In this document: one piece after another, positions 17,483-26,376 of the stretch
How positions within the stretch are numbered: the stretch's first letter is position 1
How the letters are laid out: the number at the start of each line of letters is the position of its first letter
DNA from: a virus
Lineage: Duplodnaviria > Caudoviricetes
Virus record (IMG/VR): IMGVR_UViG_3300006097_000004
Span: 1 to 51,349 of that record
DNA: 51,349 bases
Strand: one strand, 5' to 3'
Translations under genes and position numbers: made by a program
The notes under the pieces: generated by a model
What the model was told of the DNA's origin: nothing
Seen by the model: only the letters and a program-made list of their open reading frames with translations
The model's database searches: none

Positions 17483-18218
17483 GCATGGTGACTATGAATG
17501 CAAGCTGATACGCTTTGCCGGTATGGAGCTGCGTTCTACCCTGTGTCCGATATGCGAGAAGGAGAAGCCAGAACACAGGAGGCCGCTGTCTGAAGACGAC
17601 AAGGAAAGAACAAAGCAGCGCGACATCCAGCTCTACCAGAACAAGATGGAGGGCATGGGAATCCACCGCAGGTTCTATGATGCAAGCTTCGAGTCGTTTG
17701 ATACTGAAATACGAACAAATATATACAAAGATTCCCCGTCTCATGTTCTTGAGTCCTGCATTGCATATGCCAGGGATTATAGAAGCAATCTCGACACAGG
17801 GAAGAACCTGTTCCTCATCGGAGGCCCTGGGACAGGGAAAAACCATCTTGCTGCATCCATACTGAAGGCCGTTGGATCTGGACGGATCGCAAAAGTATCA
17901 GAGATCATAAGGAATATCAGAAGTACCTACCGGACGGGAGCGAGTGAGCAGGAAGCAATCAACTCCTGGGCTTCCATCCCGCTCCTCGCTATCAACGAAA
18001 TCGGAATCCAGTATGGGACTGAAGCTGAGAAGAATCTCATCTTTGAGGTCCTGGATATGAGGTATGAGAACGTTCTTCCGACGATTATGATATCGAACCT
18101 TACTATAAGCGATATGAAAGAGTTCGTCGGAGGACGGGTAATCGACAGGATGCTGGAGAATGCACAGGTACTCACCCTCACATGGAGGTCATACAGAGAT
18201 GGCAAAGTCTCAAAGTAA
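17418..18218 (+). CDS. DnaC/IstB-like AAA+ helicase loader
   Basis: CPEHG...CPIC zinc motif, Walker A GGPGTGKNHLA, LLAINEIG, PTIMISNL, RVIDRM. Confidence 0.9.
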   Translation: MEEGKQIPGNLVTTTGIATCPEHGDYECKLIRFAGMELRSTLCPICEKEKPEHRRPLSEDDKERTKQRDIQLYQNKMEGMGIHRRFYDASFESFDTEIRTNIYKDSPSHVLESCIAYARDYRSNLDTGKNLFLIGGPGTGKNHLAASILKAVGSGRIAKVSEIIRNIRSTYRTGASEQEAINSWASIPLLAINEIGIQYGTEAEKNLIFEVLDMRYENVLPTIMISNLTISDMKEFVGGRVIDRMLENAQVLTLTWRSYRDGKVSK

Positions 18219-18426
18219 GCTCATCCTCATGGATCTCATCGGAGGCCACAGGATCACAGCTCTCGACGCCCTGCGCGATTATGGGTGCTTTAGGCTGTCT
18301 GCACGGATTGAAGAACTAAGAAGGAGGGGATATCAGATAAAATCAGACAAGGTTTTGATAAAATCTCGTTTTGGGAGAAGGACGGTAATATCGTCATATT
18401 ACATTGAAGGAGAAGGAGATGAATAG
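18199..18426 (+). CDS. Winged-HTH protein
   Basis: ITALDALRDYGCFRLSARIEELRRRGYQI. Confidence 0.75.
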   Translation: MAKSQSKLILMDLIGGHRITALDALRDYGCFRLSARIEELRRRGYQIKSDKVLIKSRFGRRTVISSYYIEGEGDE

Positions 18427-18520
18427 ACTTTTATTCTGGATAGGGATAGACATATTCCTGTCGCTCGTCTTAATTGCGCTTGCCGGGATTGCGCTCCCGG
18501 CGGTCTTATAGGGGTCGGTC

Positions 18521-18892
18521 GTGGAAAGAATAGTACTCACAGATATCTATATGAGGTTTGAGCCGAGAGAAGATGATGGCGATTATTTAACCGGGCTTGG
18601 CGAACTGTCGGAAGCTGGGCTCGATACAATACTTGCGCATCTCGTTTCCGGAGGAGGGGACTTTAAAAAAGACGGAAACATAGCATTTACAACCGAGGAG
18701 ATCTTAAGCAAGGTAAATCTACTTCCTCGCGACACAAAAAACAGGATAATAATAGGACTCGCGTCATATACAGTAAACGTAATTGTGCAATACTGTGCCC
18801 ATGTCGCCAGCATCGGTGGCCTACAGAGGATTCAAACCGACAACGAAATAGGGTTTGAGGAAACAATTAAGCAATTGAAGATGTTATTATAG
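18521..18892 (+). CDS. Hypothetical protein
   Basis: 123 aa co-oriented ORF. Confidence 0.5.
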   Translation: MERIVLTDIYMRFEPREDDGDYLTGLGELSEAGLDTILAHLVSGGGDFKKDGNIAFTTEEILSKVNLLPRDTKNRIIIGLASYTVNVIVQYCAHVASIGGLQRIQTDNEIGFEETIKQLKMLL

Positions 18893-18937
18893 GAAATGAA
18901 TCAATAACTACCGGCCCCTGGGAATCAGGGGCATTTT

Positions 18938-19022
18938 GGATGGCGCCGCTGAGTTGGTCGGCGACCGGTCTTGAAAACCGGGGGTGCGTGAAAGCGTAGG
19001 GGTTCGACTCCTCCGTCATCCG
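18938..19022 (+). tRNA. tRNA-Ser(UGA), non-canonical 8/4 fold, no encoded CCA
   Basis: Acceptor GGATGGCG/CGTCATCC, D stem CGCTGA/TCGGCG, anticodon arm CCGGT-CTTGAAA-ACCGG, long V arm, T arm GGGG-TTCGACT-CCTC, discriminator G. Confidence 0.85.
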
Positions 19023-19024
19023 TT

Positions 19025-19108
19025 GGAAGCATGCCAGAGAGGTAATGGGCCAGTTTGCTAAACTGTGACGCGGGAAACCGTGCGGAGGTTCGATCCCTCC
19101 TGCTTCCG
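19025..19108 (+). tRNA. tRNA-Ser(GCU), canonical 7/5 fold, no encoded CCA
   Basis: Acceptor GGAAGCA/TGCTTCC, anticodon loop TTGCTAA, V arm CGCG-GGAAAC-CGTG, T arm GGAGG-TTCGATC-CCTCC, discriminator G. Confidence 0.92.
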
Positions 19109-19296
19109 TAGACCGTTTGCTGTTGGCTACGGTCAAACCCCGTGAGGTGATCGGGGAGCGCACAAGCGCATATTATTATTCAAAGGATTTTAGGCATTCT
19201 TTCTGACAATCGGTAGTTGTAGTGGGCTGCAGGTTGTCCCTCCGTACCCCGGCAGAGAAGAGGTTGCCGGGGTACATTTTCTACAGGAGAAAGCGT

Positions 19297-19638
19297 ATGG
19301 ACAAAGAGAAGCAGGCGTTTGAAGAGTGGTTTTCAATGGAATCTACAAAGGAAGAACTTAATTTTTCTAACTATTTGTACGGTGAGAATTGTTATCCAAT
19401 ACGATTTACAAGAGGCTTCTACGGCGGCTACCACGCACGAGACGCAGAAATCGCCAGCCTCAAGGATGTGATTGAGCGGAAGGATGAAGCATTAAGGCAG
19501 GCTTTTGGAGTATTGCAAAGATCGAGAACGTGGGGCGGTACAGAGTGGGTATACCACGGTGCACCGAAATACCGAGTAGCTAAAGTGTTGAGAATACTTG
19601 ATAGAGCCATCACAAAAACCGAGGAGGTGGAAGGATGA
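19297..19638 (+). CDS. Hypothetical protein
   Basis: ATG 19297 after AGGAG (MDKEKQAFEEWF). Confidence 0.6.
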   Translation: MDKEKQAFEEWFSMESTKEELNFSNYLYGENCYPIRFTRGFYGGYHARDAEIASLKDVIERKDEALRQAFGVLQRSRTWGGTEWVYHGAPKYRVAKVLRILDRAITKTEEVEG

Positions 19639-19871
19639 TGCCATTACATGAAATAAATATTGGCGATGTTTTTTGTGCCGGATATCCGTTTGTCAATGAA
19701 TATGCCGTTGTTGAAAAAAGCGAAGGCATGGTTAAGCTCATGGTGTGCGGACCGAATATGTCTTATGTAAGAAGCCCATTAAATAAACCATTTTGGAAAA
19801 AGCCAACCGACCAATTGTTTACCGAGCGGAACAGAGTTTTAAACTCAAAATTATTCGGAGCCAACCCATGA
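19635..19871 (+). CDS. Hypothetical protein
   Basis: ATGA coupling, GGAGG RBS. Confidence 0.55.
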   Translation: MMPLHEINIGDVFCAGYPFVNEYAVVEKSEGMVKLMVCGPNMSYVRSPLNKPFWKKPTDQLFTERNRVLNSKLFGANP

Positions 19872-20215
19872 CTCCTGAAATCTGGCAAGAATGTGGAGAG
19901 TGCGGTGGCAGAGGGTGGCACTGGCACCATCATCTTAGTAGTGCTGGTGAGCACATAGGAAAGACAAAAGAACCGTGCCCCCACTGCGCTCACTCACCGA
20001 AACCGGGCTACCGCGCAATCCTCTACACCCCGGAACAATGGGAAGCGGCAGGCGGTGTGCTGCATGATGATCTGCGTGTCTGGTTCAAAGATCATTATTT
20101 GGCGAAGTGGGTAAATGATTCATATAAATCAGCGATGACTTGGAAAAATCCATTATACTTTCAGATTATAGTTTCGACCACAGCGATCACAATGAAGGAT
20201 CTGGAGGAGATATGA
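19868..20215 (+). CDS. Zinc-finger (DnaJ-type CxxCxGxG) hypothetical protein
   Basis: CGECGGRG...CPHC; ATGA coupling. Confidence 0.55.
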   Translation: MTPEIWQECGECGGRGWHWHHHLSSAGEHIGKTKEPCPHCAHSPKPGYRAILYTPEQWEAAGGVLHDDLRVWFKDHYLAKWVNDSYKSAMTWKNPLYFQIIVSTTAITMKDLEEI

Positions 20216-20409
20216 GTATCTTTTGGGATTACAGACCAAAGGCGCTAAAAAACGAAATACCGTGTACAGATTGTGTACATTCCAGCATCAGATGGTGGTC
20301 TGGGCGTATTGGCTGTGGACTGTATAATGGGTATGCAGTATCAAAAAAAGGTACATGTTCTAAGGCAGAGAAAAAGCAGAAGGAGGCCACCGATGCCGAT
20401 GAAGATTGA
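20212..20409 (+). CDS. Small Cys-rich protein
   Basis: CTDCVH...C...C; GGAGG RBS. Confidence 0.55.
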   Translation: MSIFWDYRPKALKNEIPCTDCVHSSIRWWSGRIGCGLYNGYAVSKKGTCSKAEKKQKEATDADED

Positions 20410-20716
20410 GTTCACCCATGATGATGTTGTTTCCGTTAAAACAGCACTGACAAAAATGGGAGTAAGTGTACCAGAAACAGACGATCTTGCGGACAGTCAA
20501 ATACTATCCATGTTCAGACGTTTAGCTGAGCGTGTAAGGGGAGGAGATTATATGATGCACCGAACATTCACCCAGGCCGAACTCGATGAAGCGATGAAGG
20601 CGGCGAAGATTGAAGTGTATTTGGATGTTATGGGCAAGCTAACCCATATTGACAAATATACTAATTCCTACTGGGAATATTGTCGAGATGCAATAACGGA
20701 GCTTGAAAATGGCTGA
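20393..20716 (+). CDS. Hypothetical protein
   Basis: ATG 20393 after AGGAGG. Confidence 0.55.
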   Translation: MPMKIEFTHDDVVSVKTALTKMGVSVPETDDLADSQILSMFRRLAERVRGGDYMMHRTFTQAELDEAMKAAKIEVYLDVMGKLTHIDKYTNSYWEYCRDAITELENG

Positions 20717-20825
20717 GTTAATATTAAAGATCATATTTATCTACATTCCAGCAGCGGTGTTTTATATCGGATTGATTATTTTCTTTATCGCCAGAGGTGC
20801 GGCAAAGGACATTGGCAATGGCTGA
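20709..20825 (+). CDS. 38-aa single-pass membrane peptide
   Basis: MAELILKIIFIYIPAAVFYIGLIIFFIARG...; GGAG RBS; below the track cutoff. Confidence 0.45.
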   Translation: MAELILKIIFIYIPAAVFYIGLIIFFIARGAAKDIGNG

Positions 20826-21264
20826 GTTGAAACCGTGCCCGTTTTGTGGTGGTATTCCAGAAGTTCACACAGCACAATCAGGTCCGTTTGTTGGGCTGAC
20901 AAGAGTATCACATAGATGTTCAATAATGGGTTATTTGTTAATTCAAGATTGGACTGAAGGGATAGAATATGCAAAAAGGTGGAACACCCGCAACGACGAA
21001 GCCGCCAGACAAAAAGGCGCAGAAGATGCAATTTTGAAAAGCGGTATCATGCAACTTAAAATAGATAGCGCCGTAGCTGTTGCACGAAAAGAAGAGCGGG
21101 AGGCGTGTGCCGAGCTGATTGATGAGTTCTTTGAAATATATGAATCTGATGGCGTTGAGTTCTGGTTAGAATATGACGCAGAAAATGGATCAGAAAAAAT
21201 ATACAAACGCTTCCAGGATTGGAAAGAGAAGGCTAATGCAATCCGCAAGCGAGGGGAGAAATGA
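20818..21264 (+). CDS. Lar-like (restriction alleviation) zinc-finger protein
   Basis: MAELKPCPFCGG...AKRWNTR motif. Confidence 0.65.
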   Translation: MAELKPCPFCGGIPEVHTAQSGPFVGLTRVSHRCSIMGYLLIQDWTEGIEYAKRWNTRNDEAARQKGAEDAILKSGIMQLKIDSAVAVARKEEREACAELIDEFFEIYESDGVEFWLEYDAENGSEKIYKRFQDWKEKANAIRKRGEK

Positions 21265-21491
21265 AAACAGTAGGCTTTATGTGTTCAACTCCGCTGTATG
21301 AATACAACGGCTGGACGTTTGAATTTGGCTACATGTCAGGACCATGGCCGGTACGCAAAGACGGAGAATTGTATAAGCGGTGTGGCGATAAGTTTTACAA
21401 CGACATTGACGGCTTTTTAAAAATGCCACAAGAGGAACGAAATAAATACCGTGTCGGCGGCGGTTGTGATCCGCTTGTGAGGGAGGAATAA
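21261..21491 (+). CDS. Hypothetical protein
   Basis: Coupled ORF; YEYNGWTFEF...GPWPVRKDGE. Confidence 0.55.
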   Translation: MKTVGFMCSTPLYEYNGWTFEFGYMSGPWPVRKDGELYKRCGDKFYNDIDGFLKMPQEERNKYRVGGGCDPLVREE

Positions 21492-21889
21492 TGACACCGC
21501 TTGAATCATACGATATAGGAACAGACGTCCGGCCTTTTCTTCACAAGATTTCCCAGCCTCCTAAAAAAGAATCATCACACCAGGGAGGCGTCAAGGTTCA
21601 CAAAATAAAAAAAGATACAAATTATAACATTAAAAAAGCAGTTGCGGCACAGCGAAAAATTGCACTTGAGAAGGGAAACGAACTTCGAGAGTACCGTATG
21701 AAAAAAGAAATCAATATAAACGATTTAGCGAAAAAATTAGGATGTGCAAGCAAAACAATCATTGTTGCTGAAACTACAACCGGCGTATTGACGCAAAAGC
21801 AAGTCTATAAATTACAACCGTTTTATGGTGATCTTGTGAATCACTTTTTAACGGTGAAGGGGGAGGAATGGAAGACAGTGCAGAAATAG
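21491..21889 (+). CDS. Cro/XRE-type HTH protein
   Basis: GNELREYRMKKEININDLAKKLGCASKTIIVAE. Confidence 0.65.
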   Translation: MTPLESYDIGTDVRPFLHKISQPPKKESSHQGGVKVHKIKKDTNYNIKKAVAAQRKIALEKGNELREYRMKKEININDLAKKLGCASKTIIVAETTTGVLTQKQVYKLQPFYGDLVNHFLTVKGEEWKTVQK

Positions 21890-21946
21890 AGAAATTGATT
21901 GATGCTATGATTGAACGATTATCAAATATTTTAGAGGGAGAAAATA

Positions 21947-22213
21947 ATGCAGGAAAATAACGATCAGATCGGGGCCATGTGGATCAAGGAAGGACAGCGC
22001 GGGAAATACATGTCAGGCGTAATTGAAATAAACGGCGAGAAAATAAATATTGTCGTTTTCAAAAATGGATATAAAAAAGAGGACAAGCACCCGGACTACA
22101 GGATATTGAAGTCACGGCCGAAAAGTGAACAGTACGGAAATTCCGAACAGTTGCCGGATAAACAATTCAATCCGGAAAATAAGGATATGTTTGAAGACGA
22201 TATCCCATTTTAA
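21947..22213 (+). CDS. Small ssDNA-binding-like protein with SSB acidic tail
   Basis: IGAMW...GKYMSG...KHPDYRI and C-terminal EDDIPF. Confidence 0.65.
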   Translation: MQENNDQIGAMWIKEGQRGKYMSGVIEINGEKINIVVFKNGYKKEDKHPDYRILKSRPKSEQYGNSEQLPDKQFNPENKDMFEDDIPF

Positions 22214-22234
22214 TAATTTTACAAGGAGTGTTGT

Positions 22235-22375
22235 ATGGACAGTTTTCATTATTTAGTATTGGCAATTATAGGATTTTTTCTCTTGCGTTTCTTAGTCAAT
22301 TGGTATTTTCGCTTGAACGATATTGCAGATACCCTGCACAGTATCAAAAAGCTGCTTGAGAAAAGAGAATTGTAG
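22235..22375 (+). CDS. 46-aa membrane protein
   Basis: AAGGAG RBS; MDSFHYLVLAIIGFFLLRFLVNWYFRLN. Confidence 0.5.
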   Translation: MDSFHYLVLAIIGFFLLRFLVNWYFRLNDIADTLHSIKKLLEKREL

Positions 22376-22379
22376 TCTA

Positions 22380-22565
22380 TTGATTTTAGTTTAGGATTGT
22401 GGTAGATTATCGGTGTCGCGTGAATCTGGCGGTAAGCGCGGCGCCGGTGTTACCGGTTTTCCTGGGATGAAGCCTTTCAACATTGGCGGCTCCGTCCCGA
22501 ATCTTGGCTCCCAGGTGCCTTGAGTAGGGGTGTCAGCGGGGCTGCCAATATTGAGAGGTTTTTTT
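22380..22565 (+). promoter_or_regulatory. Promoter plus structured leader/attenuator of the replication operon
   Basis: TTGATT-17 bp-(TG)TAGATT; 24-bp hairpin 22471-22494/22537-22560 followed by a T-run and ATG 22566. Confidence 0.6.
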
Positions 22566-23315
22566 ATGTCAGAAAGAAAATCATTATCTAAGAAAAAAAG
22601 GTTAGAAATATTTAAAAGGGATAAGTTTACGTGCCAGTATTGCGGTAGGAAATCCCCAGATGTTGTACTTGAGATAGATCATGTTGTCCCGGTTTGTGAT
22701 GGTGGAAGCAATGATTTATTGAATCTTGTAACTGCATGTTTTGATTGTAATCGAGGAAAAGGAAAAAATAAGCTCGATGATTGCAGTACAGTTGAAAGAC
22801 AACGTAAAGAATTAGAAATAAGAGCAATAAAGAATGAACAGATAGAAATGATGCTTGAATGGAAAAAGTCATTACTTGATATCAACGACAAGGAAGTTGA
22901 CGCTTTTAATAATTACATGAAAGAAGTTAGTGGATCCTCTTTAACAGATCACGGTAAAAAGTTAATAAGATCATATATAAAAAAATATGGATTATCTGAG
23001 GTAATGGATGCATTTTTATTGTCATATAATCAGTACGCTGTAGTTAAATATCAAAATGTGTCTGTGGCCATGGATAAGTTGCCAGGGATATTAAGAAATA
23101 GAGAAATACAGAAAACAGATCCACTACATGCAGAAGCAACACATTTGTGCTATTGTTCAAAAAAAGAGTTAAGAGATGCAAGATATAAATGGTCTGAAAT
23201 GTATAATTTTTATCACATATTATTAGAAAAAGAAATTAGCAAAAGAGAAATAATGTCTGTTATATATTCGTCAGAATATTTTGAAGAAGTAGAGGAGAAG
23301 TTAAGCATACAATGA
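22566..23315 (+). CDS. HNH endonuclease-domain protein
   Basis: RLEIFKRDKFTCQYCG...LEIDHVVP...NLVTACFDCNRGK. Confidence 0.88.
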   Translation: MSERKSLSKKKRLEIFKRDKFTCQYCGRKSPDVVLEIDHVVPVCDGGSNDLLNLVTACFDCNRGKGKNKLDDCSTVERQRKELEIRAIKNEQIEMMLEWKKSLLDINDKEVDAFNNYMKEVSGSSLTDHGKKLIRSYIKKYGLSEVMDAFLLSYNQYAVVKYQNVSVAMDKLPGILRNREIQKTDPLHAEATHLCYCSKKELRDARYKWSEMYNFYHILLEKEISKREIMSVIYSSEYFEEVEEKLSIQ

Positions 23316-24400
23316 AAGAAGAACGCAGATCAGTAGACACTTCATTTTGGACTGATCCGGTCGTGGAAAATCTTAGCAAAGAAGCAACGTATTTATTTAA
23401 TGCTATGCTAACCTTTCCAGAAAATAACATGGCCGGAGTTTATGAAATAACGGAAAAGAAAATATCATATTATACAAAGCTAACGCTTGAAGAAATCAAT
23501 TCAGCTTTCCGTGAGCTTGAATTGCAGGGAAAAGTTTTTCGTTATAATCACTGGATAGGAATAAAAAATCATATTAAAAATCAGAAGATTGCAAACGGCA
23601 ATATGGCTATTTCAATCGTAAAAGATTTATGTAAAGCGCCGAAGGAAATTAAACTATGGCTTTATTACAAGCCAAATACTGAACAGCTTGAAGAATGGTT
23701 TCAGACAATAGTTTTCAAGGTAAATAGCTACTACGGTGAGCAAAGAAGGCGCGCTATTGTAAAGGCAGTGAACAATAAACAGGTTGCGTCAGAAGAAGAG
23801 GCAAATAGAATATATCCTGAAATCTCAATATCAAAAGATGAACTGATAAGAATTACCACCGAAGAGTTACCTTTTCACCGTAATGAAATATCTAATTTCT
23901 ACAATACTCTAACCCTTACACAATGGTTACAAGGGTGTTCCCCTAATAAGAATAGGAATAAGAAGATAGAAGTAGAAGATAGAAGTAGAAGAGTGAAGGG
24001 GGAAGTAGAATATATGAATGGTTATTCAGATAACCATGGTGACAGTGACTATTATAATTTTTTAAAAGAGCTCATCGAGCTTTCAAAGACAATGGGGGCT
24101 TTAACTGAGTTTCGCGGAATACCAGAGAACATACCAAACATAGGTCAGGTTTTCGATACCCTTAAAAACTATTCTGCTGAAGAAGTAAAACAGGCATTTT
24201 CAAACTATGAGGAAATATATAATAATCAGGATAAGTACAGATATCTTACTTATGGTAATATCGGAAACTTTATTATAAAGGGAGTGCCTGAATATCATGA
24301 CGGAAATAATCCTTTTGTGAAGTATGCGAAAAAAGATAACGTAAAAGAATCAAACAAAGACGATGATTGGCTTATGAAAGAAATCAGGAAAGCAGAATGA
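23312..24400 (+). CDS. Putative replication initiator
   Basis: VDTSFWTDPVVENLS...AGVYEIT N-terminal domain, KNRNKKIEVE linker; lies upstream of the primase-helicase. Confidence 0.65.
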   Translation: MKEERRSVDTSFWTDPVVENLSKEATYLFNAMLTFPENNMAGVYEITEKKISYYTKLTLEEINSAFRELELQGKVFRYNHWIGIKNHIKNQKIANGNMAISIVKDLCKAPKEIKLWLYYKPNTEQLEEWFQTIVFKVNSYYGEQRRRAIVKAVNNKQVASEEEANRIYPEISISKDELIRITTEELPFHRNEISNFYNTLTLTQWLQGCSPNKNRNKKIEVEDRSRRVKGEVEYMNGYSDNHGDSDYYNFLKELIELSKTMGALTEFRGIPENIPNIGQVFDTLKNYSAEEVKQAFSNYEEIYNNQDKYRYLTYGNIGNFIIKGVPEYHDGNNPFVKYAKKDNVKESNKDDDWLMKEIRKAE

Positions 24401-26112
24401 ACGTACAAGAATATCTTACAAAAAAAGGATATGACTATAACGTCATAAACAGGCCTGCAGGACCGCAAGCAATTATGAACTGCCCTAAGTGCGGAGACCG
24501 GGAAAAAAAGTTTTCTATAAATACTGAGACAGGCGCTTTTAATTGTATGCATCTTAATAACTGCGGATGGAAAGGATCGTTCAGGGATTTTCAAATATTC
24601 CATAATGATGAACCCACAGGTTTAATAGGTGACAATAATTTTTCAGTTAAGAAAAAAGAATATGATATACCGAAGAAAAAAATAGAAGATGTAAACAAGG
24701 AAATATATATATGGTTTAATAATCGCGGAATATCTAAAAACACAGTTGATCATTTTCGTATTGGAAAATATCAGAATCAGATAGCCTTTAAGTTTTATGA
24801 AAATGGCGTATTTAAGAATTGTAAATATCGAGACATGAAAGAAAAGAAATTTTACCAGGAAAAGAACGCTGCACCAGTATTATACAACCGCGATAATGTA
24901 CCGGAAGAATCGGAAGAGCTTATTATTTGCGAGGGTGAAATTGACGCTTTAACATGGCATCAGTACGGATTCCCTTCCGTTGTATCTATCAATTCAGGGG
25001 CGAACGACAAGCGATGGATTGAATATAATTTCAAATGGCTTGAACGATTCAAAAAGATATTTTTATCAATGGACATGGATGAAGCTGGACGGAAAGAAGT
25101 TGAAGAAATTTCGAATAGGCTTGGGGCATGGCGGGTTTATGATATCGAACTGCCTTATAAAGATTGTAATGAATGCCTACAGAATAAAGTTGATAAGGAA
25201 ACAATTACAAACGCTTTATTAAACGCAAAAGGATTTGACAGGGAAGAAATAGTCTGCGCGGTTGAATACAAAGAACTCATAATAAAAAACATGCTTGAAC
25301 CTGAAAAAGACTATGGGAGAAAAACGGGAATAGACCTTCTTGATAATAAACTAAAAGGGTGGAGAGGTGGAGAAATAACAGTTTGGACGGGAAGGAACGG
25401 ATCAGGAAAAACAACAGCGATAATGGAAGTTTTAATTCTTGATATTATCCACGAAGCAAAAAAAGGCAATCTATTACCTGGATGCTTAGGGTCTTTTGAA
25501 ATGAGGCCAGAAGTTTTGTTATCATGGGGGACTCTTCAGTTACAATATTTAAATGGTCACATAAGAAAGCCTGATGGAATAACAAGATTAGAAATAGAAA
25601 AACTTATCGAGAGTATTTTCTGGCAGATGTACGTGATAAATATTAAAGACGTAATCAGTGAGGATATGTTATTTGATCTTTACGAGTTTGCAGCCCAGAA
25701 ATACGGATGTAAAGTTTTTATCCTTGATAGCCTTATGCGCGTAAGATTGAAAAATAAAAAAGACAAGTACGAAGGACAGGCACACTTTATGGATCGTCTT
25801 GCGCGTTTCGCTGATAAATTTGACTGCCATGTTCATCTTGTTGTACATCCGCGAAAAGGAGAAAAGGATACTGATGCACCAGATTCTTCAGCTGTAAAGG
25901 GTGCTGGAGAAATAACAGACATAGCGCATAATGTAATTTCAATATATAGATTATCAGACGATCAAGTTGAGAAAATAGCAAACGAATTAAACATATCAAA
26001 AAGTAACGCGCCGACAAGTTTATGGCATTTACACAAGAACAGGATGCACGGCCTCACAGGATCAAAAAGAATGATTTTTGACGAACAATACAAAATATTC
26101 AAGGAGTTTTAA
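24397..26112 (+). CDS. Primase-helicase (T7 gp4/Twinkle-like: zinc finger, TOPRIM, SF4 helicase)
   Basis: CPKC...C...C, IICEGEIDAL, DMDEAG, KDCNE, Walker A GRNGSGKT, ILDSL, HLVVHPRK, KNRMHG. Confidence 0.9.
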   Translation: MNVQEYLTKKGYDYNVINRPAGPQAIMNCPKCGDREKKFSINTETGAFNCMHLNNCGWKGSFRDFQIFHNDEPTGLIGDNNFSVKKKEYDIPKKKIEDVNKEIYIWFNNRGISKNTVDHFRIGKYQNQIAFKFYENGVFKNCKYRDMKEKKFYQEKNAAPVLYNRDNVPEESEELIICEGEIDALTWHQYGFPSVVSINSGANDKRWIEYNFKWLERFKKIFLSMDMDEAGRKEVEEISNRLGAWRVYDIELPYKDCNECLQNKVDKETITNALLNAKGFDREEIVCAVEYKELIIKNMLEPEKDYGRKTGIDLLDNKLKGWRGGEITVWTGRNGSGKTTAIMEVLILDIIHEAKKGNLLPGCLGSFEMRPEVLLSWGTLQLQYLNGHIRKPDGITRLEIEKLIESIFWQMYVINIKDVISEDMLFDLYEFAAQKYGCKVFILDSLMRVRLKNKKDKYEGQAHFMDRLARFADKFDCHVHLVVHPRKGEKDTDAPDSSAVKGAGEITDIAHNVISIYRLSDDQVEKIANELNISKSNAPTSLWHLHKNRMHGLTGSKRMIFDEQYKIFKEF

Positions 26113-26114
26113 CA

Positions 26115-26336
26115 ATGACAATGGCAATTGTAATTGAACAGCTTTTGACGGCGAAGGCACAGGGACTGGAGATTGTTGGGATCAACGCTGGGATGGGATT
26201 CCAGGATATGCTTTGTGTAGAGTATAAAGGCAAAGTGCCTGATAGTGCTTATGCAATTTTCTGCGGGTTACCAATAACTTGGGATTCAAGTATTACTGAT
26301 TATCACTTTATCGAGCAGGTAGCGTTTAATTTCTGA
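26115..26336 (+). CDS. Hypothetical protein
   Basis: AAGGAG RBS. Confidence 0.5.
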   Translation: MTMAIVIEQLLTAKAQGLEIVGINAGMGFQDMLCVEYKGKVPDSAYAIFCGLPITWDSSITDYHFIEQVAFNF

Positions 26337-26340
26337 CCAC

Positions 26341-26369
26341 TTGAAAATAAACACATAGGGCGGTATTAT
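26341..26369 (+). promoter_or_regulatory. Late promoter before terS (leaderless)
   Basis: TTGAAA-17 bp-TATTAT, 7 nt before ATG 26377. Confidence 0.65.
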
Positions 26370-26376
26370 TTTAGGT

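Noticed and set aside
18938-19022. tRNA-Sec or opal suppressor
   Set aside because: The anticodon is UGA (reads UCA, Ser), not UCA.
19109-19180. Theta/HDV-like ribozyme after the tRNA pair
   Set aside because: Only simple hairpins (GACCGT/ACGGTC); too little room for P2, P3 and L3 of the nested double pseudoknot.
23945-24010. Purine-rich short repeats (AATAAG, GAAGATAGAAGTA) as a separate element
   Set aside because: They encode the usual low-complexity linker of phage initiators; possibly origin-associated but not distinctive enough to call.
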